From NCBI GenBank assembly GCA_963666205.1, contig OY762654.1:768001-832000 (forward strand): a stretch of 64,000 nt of DNA. The letters are read 5' to 3'. Under the pieces are notes generated by a model, which worked only from the letters and a program-made list of their open reading frames with translations, was not told the DNA's origin and did not search any database. Position 1 is the first letter of the stretch, and the number at the start of each line of letters is the position of its first letter. Made by a program: the position numbers and the translations under genes. Source of the DNA: Synergistales bacterium (GTDB lineage Bacteria; Synergistota; Synergistia; Synergistales; JAFGMB01). Of the stretch, positions 29,757-38,743 are shown one piece after another.

Positions 29757-30812
29757 CTATTTGCCTTCTCCTGCCTTTTTGTTTGCGGTAACAGCACATT
29801 CCAGGGAAAGTTCAACCCAATCCTCGCCTACTTTATCCTTCAGCCACTCAAGATAGGCAGGCTGGCCCTGTTCTCTGAAGGCATTCATTTCATCCTTATT
29901 CGGAGAATATGCCAACATTCCGTTATCCACAAGGAACTGTATATCTTTAGAATCCTGAGTTTCCATGGTAGTCCTGTTTATGGCATTGGCCTTTCTCGAG
30001 GCGTCCCTGACAACCTCTTTCTGGGAATCCGTCAATGAATCCAGTACTGCACCGTTTATGACCAGGAACTGGTCTGAATACTGGATATTGGCAAGGGTTA
30101 GAAATTTCTGAACTTCAAAAAGGCTTCCCATCTTGATGTACATTGCCGGGTTCATCTGTCCATCAACAACTCCCGTTTTCAAAGCCATGTAAAGTTCTGT
30201 CCAGGGAATGGGGGTACCACTGGCTCCAAATGCTTTATACAGGGCTACCTGATCTTCTGCCATACCTCTGAATTTCAACCCTTTGAAATCAGCAGGAGAT
30301 CTTATCTCTTTCTTTGAATTCGTAAAGGCAAGGAATCCTCCTTCTTCAATAACCTCCAGAAGATATGCACCTGTTCTCTTATGGAATTCATCCTTTGCCT
30401 TTGCCATAAAGGCACTCTCGTCAAAGAAAATATGGGCAGCCTTGTAGCTGTTGAAAAGGAAAGGCACGTTCGTAGCATACATCTCGGGAAAAACAGGAGC
30501 TATTCCACCATATGAAGCGACATTTATGATAGGCTGGTTCATTCCCGACTCCATCAGCAATTCCATTCTCTCTTCTTCGTTGCCCAACTGACTGTCAGGG
30601 AAAAGTTTTATTTCAACTTCACCGCCTGTACCTTCTTCCACAAATTTCTTGAAATTACTTGCAAAAAGGTGTACAGCATTGTTCTCGGCATCGGCAGGAC
30701 CATTATAGGACATCTTGAGTTCCATAGGTGCTGCCCATACTGCCGCTGTGGAGATCGCAACCAGAAATACCACAAGACCTACCATAGAAACACTTTTCCT
30801 GAATAGCAACAT
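29757..30812 (-). CDS. dctP: TRAP transporter substrate-binding protein
   Basis: Signal peptide; FPDSQLG, GLKFR, GVVDGQMNP; start after an AAAGGAG RBS. Confidence 0.9.
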   Translation of the reverse strand: MLLFRKSVSMVGLVVFLVAISTAAVWAAPMELKMSYNGPADAENNAVHLFASNFKKFVEEGTGGEVEIKLFPDSQLGNEEERMELLMESGMNQPIINVASYGGIAPVFPEMYATNVPFLFNSYKAAHIFFDESAFMAKAKDEFHKRTGAYLLEVIEEGGFLAFTNSKKEIRSPADFKGLKFRGMAEDQVALYKAFGASGTPIPWTELYMALKTGVVDGQMNPAMYIKMGSLFEVQKFLTLANIQYSDQFLVINGAVLDSLTDSQKEVVRDASRKANAINRTTMETQDSKDIQFLVDNGMLAYSPNKDEMNAFREQGQPAYLEWLKDKVGEDWVELSLECAVTANKKAGEGK

Positions 30813-31502
30813 ACATACCACTCCTTTCAATAATACCGGGCATTTTCTCTGATAATACCCGGTCCCCCCAAAAAAGAAATCAGCCAGGAATCTGGGAATA
30901 TCCTTCCTGAGTAATCCGGAATTAATTCTACTCTTTAAATACGAATCAATAAAGACCTCTTTACTGCAATATTACGATGGATAAACATACTAGAAGTACC
31001 TCCACCTGGAACAGGGAGAAATAAAATGTATAAACAAACGGGAAATTACGGCGTTGTTGGAGATCTTCATAATCCAGCCCCTATTGGGTCCTCCCGGATT
31101 GGATCTATTGACTGATTCTGTCTCCCCCCTCTTCGATTCTCCATGTGTTCTCAGGGCAATCCCGGATGACCGGAAAGAGGGGAATGATCCTCTCTCCATC
31201 CCTTTGAAGACCAGGACTCATGCTTTTAAATATATAACTCAGAACAACATCCTGACAACAACTTTTCAGAAAGGATCCGGAACAGCTGGAATTATCGATT
31301 TCATATCCTTTTCTTACGGAGGATAACTGATCGTTGGGAAATATCCCCGAACTTCAAAAAAAGGTCACAGATTATTTTAAAAGAAAGAAATACCTTATAT
31401 GCCTGCTTGATACTCACGGGGCAGTGTATATATTCAACAAAATCAATGAGCTAAACAGGTTTTTTTCATATAACATTTTGGATCATATAATTAATTAAAC
31501 CT

Positions 31503-31532
31503 AAAAAAGGGAAAGGGCCAAAGCCCTTCCCC
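31503..31532 (-). terminator. Intrinsic terminator of the small ORF
   Basis: Minus strand ggggaagggc-tttg-gccctttccc followed by a T run. Confidence 0.75.
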
Positions 31533-31566
31533 TCCAATCATGATCAAATTGCAAAGAACTTAAAGA

Positions 31567-31731
31567 CTAGAAATTCCCTAGAGAGAGTTCGCTCGTTCTT
31601 TTCTCTTCCCTGTTGAGTTCTACAAGCACCTTAATATACATGGCTTCCCATTCGGAACTGTTCATTTCCAGTGCCTTTTCCGAGGCTTCCAGAAATCTTT
31701 TCTGCCTTAGCAAATCTCTTATCTTTTCCAT
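31567..31731 (-). CDS. Small hypothetical helical protein (54 aa)
   Basis: GGGAGGAG RBS before ATG 31731 and its own terminator downstream. Confidence 0.55.
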   Translation of the reverse strand: MEKIRDLLRQKRFLEASEKALEMNSSEWEAMYIKVLVELNREEKRTSELSLGNF

Positions 31732-32086
31732 TCTGTTCAGCTCCTCCCTCATAAAAGAATCTCTCACCGATCATGTGTTCAGAACAGTAATACCTCCTGG
31801 AAATATTATGTTAGAGGAAAAGACTTCCGTGTCGCAATGATACAGAAGAAAGAAAAGTGTTCTTACCCAGAAGTAACATATAACCAGATCCCGATGTTTC
31901 GAGAAAGGCATTTTCCAAATTCACGTAAAAGGTGGTGGATTTTCAGTATACTTTCACACTTAACAGTATGAAATCGGGGAAAATCTGAATAGGTAAGTAA
32001 AAAAACCTTATTATTTATGTTCAAAGACTTCAATTAAAATAAAAAATATTTTATCTGGACAACTGCTATCTCCAGAGAGAGCTCAA

Positions 32087-32746
32087 CTACTCACAAAGTG
32101 AAGTTAATCCTTCTCTGATGGCAAATTTTGTCAGCTCTGCGATGGAATTAACATTGACCTTCTGCATGATATGGTAACGGTGCGTTTCTACAGTTTTCAT
32201 GCTGACATTTATTGAATTGGCAATTTCTCTCGTGCTTCTGCCCTCAGCTATCAGCTGAAGGATCTCTCTTTCTCTTGAGGTAAGGGTAGAGACGGTTTCT
32301 TCTCCATCATCATTTTCAAGCATTTTGATATATTCTTCTATCACCATCCCCGATATGGAAGGACTCAGGTAGAATTGACCCTCAGCTACAGTACGTATCG
32401 CCCCGGAAAGCTCTTTGAAGGCACAGTCCTTGAGAAGATATCCCGAAGCACCTGCCCGAAGCATTTCTGCAACATAATGACGATCATCGTACATGGAAAG
32501 GGCAAGAATCCTTATGGTTTCAAATTCTGAACGGATCCTTCTGGCAGCTTCTATACCATTCATATCAGGCATCATAACATCCATCAGTATTATGTCTGGT
32601 CTATGTTTTTTTGATATGGAAAGAGCTTCTCTTCCGTTATCGGCTTCGGCAACAACCTTCATATCCTTTTCAGAATCTATAAGTATGCGAAGACCCTCTC
32701 TCATAACCCTGTGATTATCTACAAGCATTATCTTTAATGCAACCAT
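32087..32746 (-). CDS. NarL/LuxR family response regulator
   Basis: REC domain (ILMDVMMPDMNG, GYLLK) plus LTSREREILQLIAEG HTH. Confidence 0.95.
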   Translation of the reverse strand: MVALKIMLVDNHRVMREGLRILIDSEKDMKVVAEADNGREALSISKKHRPDIILMDVMMPDMNGIEAARRIRSEFETIRILALSMYDDRHYVAEMLRAGASGYLLKDCAFKELSGAIRTVAEGQFYLSPSISGMVIEEYIKMLENDDGEETVSTLTSREREILQLIAEGRSTREIANSINVSMKTVETHRYHIMQKVNVNSIAELTKFAIREGLTSLCE

Positions 32747-32747
32747 A

Positions 32748-34403
32748 TTATTGTTCCCTCGTTCCTGAAGCCAAAGGAAGAGAAATGGAGACTCTAGCTC
32801 CCCCATTTCTGTTACGTCCAATACTCAAAAAACCTCCCAGGGTTCGGGCCTGTTCTCTTAGACTGAAGAGGCCGAAACTGTGATTTTTCTCTGAATATTC
32901 ATGATCAGATAATCTGCGGATCCCCTTTCCATTATCCGTGACAGATATACGCAGATCACCTTTGGTAAAAGACGCGGAAACATCAGCTACTGTAGCATCT
33001 GCATGTTTGATAACGTTTGTCAGCAATTCACGAACTGCCCTGAAAAGAAAGGATTTTATATCATCAGACATTTCTGAAGGGATATTCTTAAATTGACAGG
33101 AAATCTTGATGTCAGACTGTCTCCCCAGTTTTTCGACCAGCCATTCTACTGCAGGAGAGAAGCCCAGTTCATAGAGAACAGGAGGGCTCAATTCAAAGGT
33201 AATGTTCCTGACACAGGATATGGCATTTTCAAGATTACGGCAAGCTTCATCCAGATGGGAACATGTTTCGGGATCACTGAGACCCTTCCGGGCCATTTCT
33301 AGTCTTAATTTCGAGAGAAGGAGATCCTGACCTATATTGTCATGGAGCTGATGGGCTAATGATCTTTTGGTCTTTTCCTCCAGATAAGTCATTCTATATG
33401 ACAGCCCCTGGAGCTGGCGCTGATATTTGTGGAATTTTACCTCCTGTTCCTTTCTTTCTGAAATATCTCGAGATATAAAGAGCATCAATAGCTCACCTCT
33501 AAGATGGAAAACATGAGCACTGATCTCCACATTAATACTTGACCCATCTTTTCTCACGTGGACTGCCTCAAAAATCATCCTTCTCTTTTTTCTGAGCATT
33601 CTCATGATCTTTTCCATATTTGCAGAACCGGCTATTCCATCAATATCCTGCAACTCCATAGATAAAAGTTCTTTTCTGGAATAACCCAGGGAACGGCATG
33701 CAGAGTCGTTAACTTCCACAAAACGACCGGGGAGACCATCATCACGAATTTTCAGCAGGAATATCTTGTCCGTAGCATTCTGGAAAAGATAACGGTACTT
33801 ATTCTCACTTTCCTTTAACTCTCTCTGGATGAGTTTCAGGGAAGAGATATCCCTCGCAATTGTTGCTGTAGCAATAACCTGACCCTCCGGGTCAAACATG
33901 GGAAACTTGCGACTCAGATAAAATTTTTCCACTCCGTCGGGATAAACAATATTTCGTTCTCTTTCAATAAAATTCCCCTTCGGGAGGGTCTGGGCAAGAG
34001 TTTCATCCAATGAATATTGCCTTATAGTCTCCATATCAAGATGGGGGCAATAGATCTCTTCATGCGTTTTTCCGACGACATCTGTAATATCATGTTTCCA
34101 GACAGCCTTTACAAAAGCCCTGTTAGCTGTTATCAGCTTAAGGTCAAGATCAAACATTGTTACTATATCTTCTGTTTCTTCGACTATGGTAGAAAGATAA
34201 CTTCTATCAAGGAGCTCATCATAAAACCGAAGTATCTGACCCCGAAAAGAGAAGGAATTATCATAAGAGACAGTACTGGAAAGAGGAAGAAGCAATTCAA
34301 TAACCTCTCCTCGAAAATCGGAGGTATCCTTCAAATTGAAGAGGTTATCAAAATAAGTGAGAAAATTGGACGATCCCTTCTCTGACCCCATTTCATCTAC
34401 CAT
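32748..34403 (-). CDS. Cytoplasmic two-PAS sensor histidine kinase (HisKA_3 type)
   Basis: Two PAS/PAC domains, LHDNIGQ H-box, ELLTNVIKHA, DNGKG; no TM segment seen. Confidence 0.92.
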   Translation of the reverse strand: MVDEMGSEKGSSNFLTYFDNLFNLKDTSDFRGEVIELLLPLSSTVSYDNSFSFRGQILRFYDELLDRSYLSTIVEETEDIVTMFDLDLKLITANRAFVKAVWKHDITDVVGKTHEEIYCPHLDMETIRQYSLDETLAQTLPKGNFIERERNIVYPDGVEKFYLSRKFPMFDPEGQVIATATIARDISSLKLIQRELKESENKYRYLFQNATDKIFLLKIRDDGLPGRFVEVNDSACRSLGYSRKELLSMELQDIDGIAGSANMEKIMRMLRKKRRMIFEAVHVRKDGSSINVEISAHVFHLRGELLMLFISRDISERKEQEVKFHKYQRQLQGLSYRMTYLEEKTKRSLAHQLHDNIGQDLLLSKLRLEMARKGLSDPETCSHLDEACRNLENAISCVRNITFELSPPVLYELGFSPAVEWLVEKLGRQSDIKISCQFKNIPSEMSDDIKSFLFRAVRELLTNVIKHADATVADVSASFTKGDLRISVTDNGKGIRRLSDHEYSEKNHSFGLFSLREQARTLGGFLSIGRNRNGGARVSISLPLASGTREQ

Positions 34404-34428
34404 TGGATACCTCCCTTGCTCCTTAGGC

Positions 34429-34480
34429 AACCTCAAAATGAAAAGACAAGGTTAAAACCTTGTCTTTTCATTTTGAGGTT
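34429..34480. terminator. 52-bp inverted repeat directly after the msrA stop
   Basis: aacctcaaaatgaaaagacaaggtt-aa-aaccttgtcttttcattttgaggtt: 25-nt perfect arms. Confidence 0.65.
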
Positions 34481-34481
34481 T

Positions 34482-35252
34482 CTATTCAGAAGCAGATACC
34501 ATCTTTCTGAGTTTATCCTGAGCCGCTGGAGATAGACCCAGGAGGTCTATCTCAGTTTCAAGCTGTAAAAGGTCACCCATCCCTGAAACATATCCATTCA
34601 GTCTTGCTGCAGCCGTTGAATCAGTAAGTTCTCTATCACTTAAGAAAATTTTTGAATAGTCATCCATAAATTCCCTGAACCTCTTCAAGCGGTATTTCTG
34701 GTGATATTCTTCAGCCAGATAAAATTCACGGAAAGGGATCACTTCTGTTAAAATGACTATTCCACGTTTTTTCTCTTCTTCTGATATACTTTCGATGATC
34801 TTTTGTTTCTGAGATTCATTATGATAGAAAAGAATAGAAATATACTGACGGGATGAAGTCTTTTGTGCAGGATCATGACTTGACCAGAAAACTTCAAGTA
34901 ATTCAGAAAAGGAAATCTTTTCGGGGTCGAAATCTATCTGAATACTTTCAGTATGGTCACCCAGATCATGGTAGGTGGGATCCTTTAAAGTACCTCCAGA
35001 ATAACCCACCCGTGTACGTATAACTCCTGGAATTATCCCGAACCGGGAATCAGGTCCCCAGAATCAACCTAAGGCAAATGTTGCAGTTTCAACCTTTAAT
35101 GGCAGTTCCCCATCTATAAGGGGTTTCTTTGCAAGAACACTCTCATCAGTTCTCATAGCTGTTGCCTCCCTTGAGCAGATAAACAAGAATGAAAATATCA
35201 GAAGGAAGAAGATAACTTTCCATGCTTTCACAGGCATGGAATAAGGATACAT
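34482..35252 (-). CDS. msrA: Exported selenocysteine-containing methionine-S-sulfoxide reductase
   Basis: ORFs 35064-35252 and 34482-35009 are one frame: ...ETATFALG-TGA-FWGPDSRFG...TRVGYSGG...AEEYHQKY. TGA (35066-35064) replaces the Cys of GCFWG. AAGGAGG RBS and N-terminal signal-like segment. Confidence 0.9.
35025..35063 (-). promoter_or_regulatory. Putative bacterial SECIS element of msrA
   Basis: Directly after UGA: lower stem UUCUGGGG/UUCCAGGA and upper stem UCCCG-GUU-CGGGA with a G-starting loop. Confidence 0.7.
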
Positions 35253-35467
35253 GATTATTCCTCCTTACACAGGGCCTGAATAGTGTTATCAGGCTATATT
35301 TTTATCCTGCTAGCTAATGATACAGGCACAGACATTTTACCCCATAAGTTCCACCATCCACAAGCAGTATGTAAATAAGTAAACTTAACCCCTAAAGACG
35401 ACAGTTTTAAATTATAATCATGTATGTTCAAACAAATTATTTTTCAGATAAAACCGGAGGATATGAT

Positions 35468-35857
35468 ATGCCGATCGATGAATCTTCTATTCGAGGACAA
35501 ATATTGAAATTAAAGGATTTTCGAAGATGGTCGAACAAGAATGAACTGACTTTTTTGCCCCAGCTTATGGTTGAGGAGGAAATCATAAAGGGCCTGACCT
35601 CCGTCCTGTACAATGAAAGAAAGTGGCTTATGGTCTTAACTGATAGAAAGGTTATATTTCTTTACAGAAAGATGATCGATGGTATTCAGGAAAGCATTCC
35701 CCTGTCTGACATAGTTTCTGTTTCCTGTGAAACCGGCCTGATGTTTGCACGGTTGATTTTACAGACAGATAAAAAAGAAATGAACCTGGACTCTATCCTT
35801 AAAAAGGATGCCCTTGTAATCAAAGAACTCCTTTCAGATATGCTTATAGAAAAATGA
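35468..35857 (+). CDS. Bacterial PH-domain protein
   Basis: GGAGG RBS; LMVLTDRKVIF...IPLSDIVSV...GLMFARL pattern. Confidence 0.7.
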   Translation: MPIDESSIRGQILKLKDFRRWSNKNELTFLPQLMVEEEIIKGLTSVLYNERKWLMVLTDRKVIFLYRKMIDGIQESIPLSDIVSVSCETGLMFARLILQTDKKEMNLDSILKKDALVIKELLSDMLIEK

Positions 35858-36320
35858 AAACATCAGGGAGCTCCTGCTGATACGGGCTAAAAAGATCTGA
35901 TTTGAACCGGAAATACAATCCTATCTTGAGTGGAGATGGCAGATGGAACCAGGGGGATTCATCTCTTTCAGACCCCTGTGTCATAAATATTCATTACATA
36001 AAACGAAAAGCCGTGGGGACATCTTATTCCAGGTCTTGTAATGTTTATAGAACTAATAGATCCCGTTACTCCGGAATCAGGCCTTAATGCAAGATTACGG
36101 ATTTGCTGACAGACCCCTTTCGCAACCGCCTGCCAGGACAAAAAAGGAAAACCACTGATATCCAATTCATTACCATACGGAGAAATATGACTATACAAGG
36201 AACTCTGAAGAAAGTCTGTTCAGAATATAAGGACAAGGAGCAGGAGAAATTTATATAAAAAGACAGAATATACCTCAAAAACACTTGTAGCAGTTCTCCT
36301 GAATGCATAAAAGCAGCAAC

Positions 36321-38741
36321 TCAGATCAATACTTGTAAAAGGCGGCCCAGTTCCTCAAAATGGATCTTCCATTCTCCGTTAACCCCCTCAACATCCTTGA
36401 CCGAAAGCCCAGTATAACCACAATCAGTTTTTATTCTGAAAAATATGTTCTGACTGAACCAGAAATCCGGCTTCAAACCGATTTCATCAATCACTTTCAG
36501 AAAAGCCGCTAAATTTTTCAAAACAGGGATATCATGATAATTTTGTTCAAGATCCTTCATCCGGCTATTAATCCACCTGGAAGCAGAAAGTTCAAATACA
36601 TCCGTATCCAGGGGTATCTTCCATCGTTTTGCGGTATCGAAGAAATTTCTGATATTCTCGAGATCAGGTAAATCCTTGTCAAATTCTTCCCTGATCCCGG
36701 AGTTAAGGACAACCTCTGCAGCTTTAAGAAACTGTGGAGGCACTGGCATCTGTACTGAAGAGATAAAATTCATTAACAGATAATCATCTTCAATTATCTC
36801 CCTTAGAAAAGATTCAAGACGGAAAAGATCCTCTCGAATTATGGAATTAAAGATCTTCTGCTGTTCATTCCGGAAAATATGTCTCAGATCATAATCATGA
36901 GTACCGAAAAAGTCGTCTATGGTATTGATAATACCAGGTATATCTCCCTCGCTGAAGGATGACCGAACCACCTCAATGAATCTGTTGAAAGCATCTTCAC
37001 CAAGATCAGGAGAAAGGGAACATAGTACATTGTGCCCGCCAAGACCAAGAGAAGCATACCAGATACGACAAGATCCAAGGGTAATATCTGATTCAATGTT
37101 CAGGCATCCTCCGCAAAATCTGGTTTTACCTGCATTAAGAGAAAATTCTTTAAGTGGAATAACTCTGTAACAATACATGGATATGTTAGAAGGTTCATCC
37201 GTAAACAATGAAAGAATACCGTAATGTGCTCCCAACCTGGAAAGGTCAAAGCTGAATGGCTTCACAGAATTGCTGTAGATTTCCACCCCTGTTCCCTGAT
37301 CCGGAATGTTGCTTTTCGCCCTTCCAAGAAAATCGAGGAAAGCTGGTTCCAGGTTATTTCCAGATATCTCCAGGGCATATTGAATGGCATGAGCAGCATA
37401 ACGAAGTATCTGAAGAGATTCTATGCCCGAAATATCATCAAAGAACCATCCGCAACTGGTAAACATAAGCATAGCCGAGCGCTGCATCTCCAGAGATTTC
37501 ATTACCAGTTCCCTGTCTACAGCTGAAAGGTCATTTTCTGAATGATATTTTATAAAGTTATCCATATTCTCCTTTGATCTTTCAAGGATTAAATGTATAT
37601 ACTCATCTCTTGCGAACCATGGATCCCTGATCTTTCCTTTCAGGGACTCTGAAAAGATGGATTCGAGTTCCCCATGTAACCAGTCAAGTCCTTCCCTGAG
37701 GGGCTTACGCCAGGACTGGTTCCAATCGTGGTTCATTCCAGTACAGCAGCCACAATTGTCTCTCCATCTCTCCACTCCATGCACACAGCTCCAGGAACTG
37801 TTCTCTATTATCTCTACTTCCCTTGTGACGGGGTGTTTCTCCAGGAACTCGCCGAATATGGTAAGCTCTGTTCCCATTTCTCCTTCTATCCGGTCAAGAC
37901 AGTATGCAAGGGCCATGTCTCCATATTTTTGATGATGTCCATACGTTTCACCATCAGTCGCAACTGAAATAATTCTTCCTTCACCTGTTTTTCTGTCCCA
38001 TCTGGAAAGGAATCGCTGAGCAAACATCTCACCATTTCTGAGCAATCCGCCGAAAGCAATATCCTGTGAGATTCTTCCATCGTAGAAAAAAAGGGCTATA
38101 GTCCTTCCAGAAGGAAGCTGGCAACGATAAGGAGTGGACGGATCTATTTTCCCCCCCCTTACGCCTGTCCAGGGAACACCTTCTGAAAGACGTATCCTGG
38201 AAGCCTGAAATGGTGAAAGGATGGTGAACAATATGCCTTCTTCCGAGAGAAATTCCAGGGTTTTCAGATCCACTGCAGTTTCCGGAAGCCACATGCCTTC
38301 CGGAAAACGTTTAAATCTCTTTTCAAAATCAGCGATTCCCCATAATATCTGGGTTCTTTTATCCCTGTCCGAAGCAAGGGGAAGGATCATATGATTATAG
38401 GCCTGGGCGATAGCGGGACCATGGCCGGAAAATCTCTTCCGACCATCAGTATCAGCCCTCAATATATTTTCATAGGTATGAGGGGAATGCTCTTCCAGCC
38501 ATGATAGGAGGGTCGGCCCGAAGTTGAAGCTCATCCTGGAATAATTGTTCTGGATTGCGGTTATCAAACCTTTTTCGCCAAGAATACGGGCAGCTCCGTT
38601 AGGAGAATAGCATTCTGCCGTAATTCTTTCATTCCAGTTCTCATATGGGGCAGCAGTTCTCTGGATCTCGACTTCTTCCAGCCAGGGATTCTCCCTCGGC
38701 GGCTGGTAGAAGTGACCGTGAACACATACATAAATTGTCAT
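36321..38741 (-). CDS. GH57-family glycoside hydrolase with DUF3536-like domain
   Basis: HGHFYQPPRENPW, GMWLPETA, ATDGETYGHH, SSWSCVHGVERW, MFTSCGWFFD. Confidence 0.88.
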   Translation of the reverse strand: MTIYVCVHGHFYQPPRENPWLEEVEIQRTAAPYENWNERITAECYSPNGAARILGEKGLITAIQNNYSRMSFNFGPTLLSWLEEHSPHTYENILRADTDGRKRFSGHGPAIAQAYNHMILPLASDRDKRTQILWGIADFEKRFKRFPEGMWLPETAVDLKTLEFLSEEGILFTILSPFQASRIRLSEGVPWTGVRGGKIDPSTPYRCQLPSGRTIALFFYDGRISQDIAFGGLLRNGEMFAQRFLSRWDRKTGEGRIISVATDGETYGHHQKYGDMALAYCLDRIEGEMGTELTIFGEFLEKHPVTREVEIIENSSWSCVHGVERWRDNCGCCTGMNHDWNQSWRKPLREGLDWLHGELESIFSESLKGKIRDPWFARDEYIHLILERSKENMDNFIKYHSENDLSAVDRELVMKSLEMQRSAMLMFTSCGWFFDDISGIESLQILRYAAHAIQYALEISGNNLEPAFLDFLGRAKSNIPDQGTGVEIYSNSVKPFSFDLSRLGAHYGILSLFTDEPSNISMYCYRVIPLKEFSLNAGKTRFCGGCLNIESDITLGSCRIWYASLGLGGHNVLCSLSPDLGEDAFNRFIEVVRSSFSEGDIPGIINTIDDFFGTHDYDLRHIFRNEQQKIFNSIIREDLFRLESFLREIIEDDYLLMNFISSVQMPVPPQFLKAAEVVLNSGIREEFDKDLPDLENIRNFFDTAKRWKIPLDTDVFELSASRWINSRMKDLEQNYHDIPVLKNLAAFLKVIDEIGLKPDFWFSQNIFFRIKTDCGYTGLSVKDVEGVNGEWKIHFEELGRLLQVLI

Positions 38742-38743
38742 TA

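Noticed and set aside
35858-36320. Short ORFs in the gap between the PH-domain and GH57 genes
   Set aside because: No recognisable motif or convincing translation signal; left unannotated.
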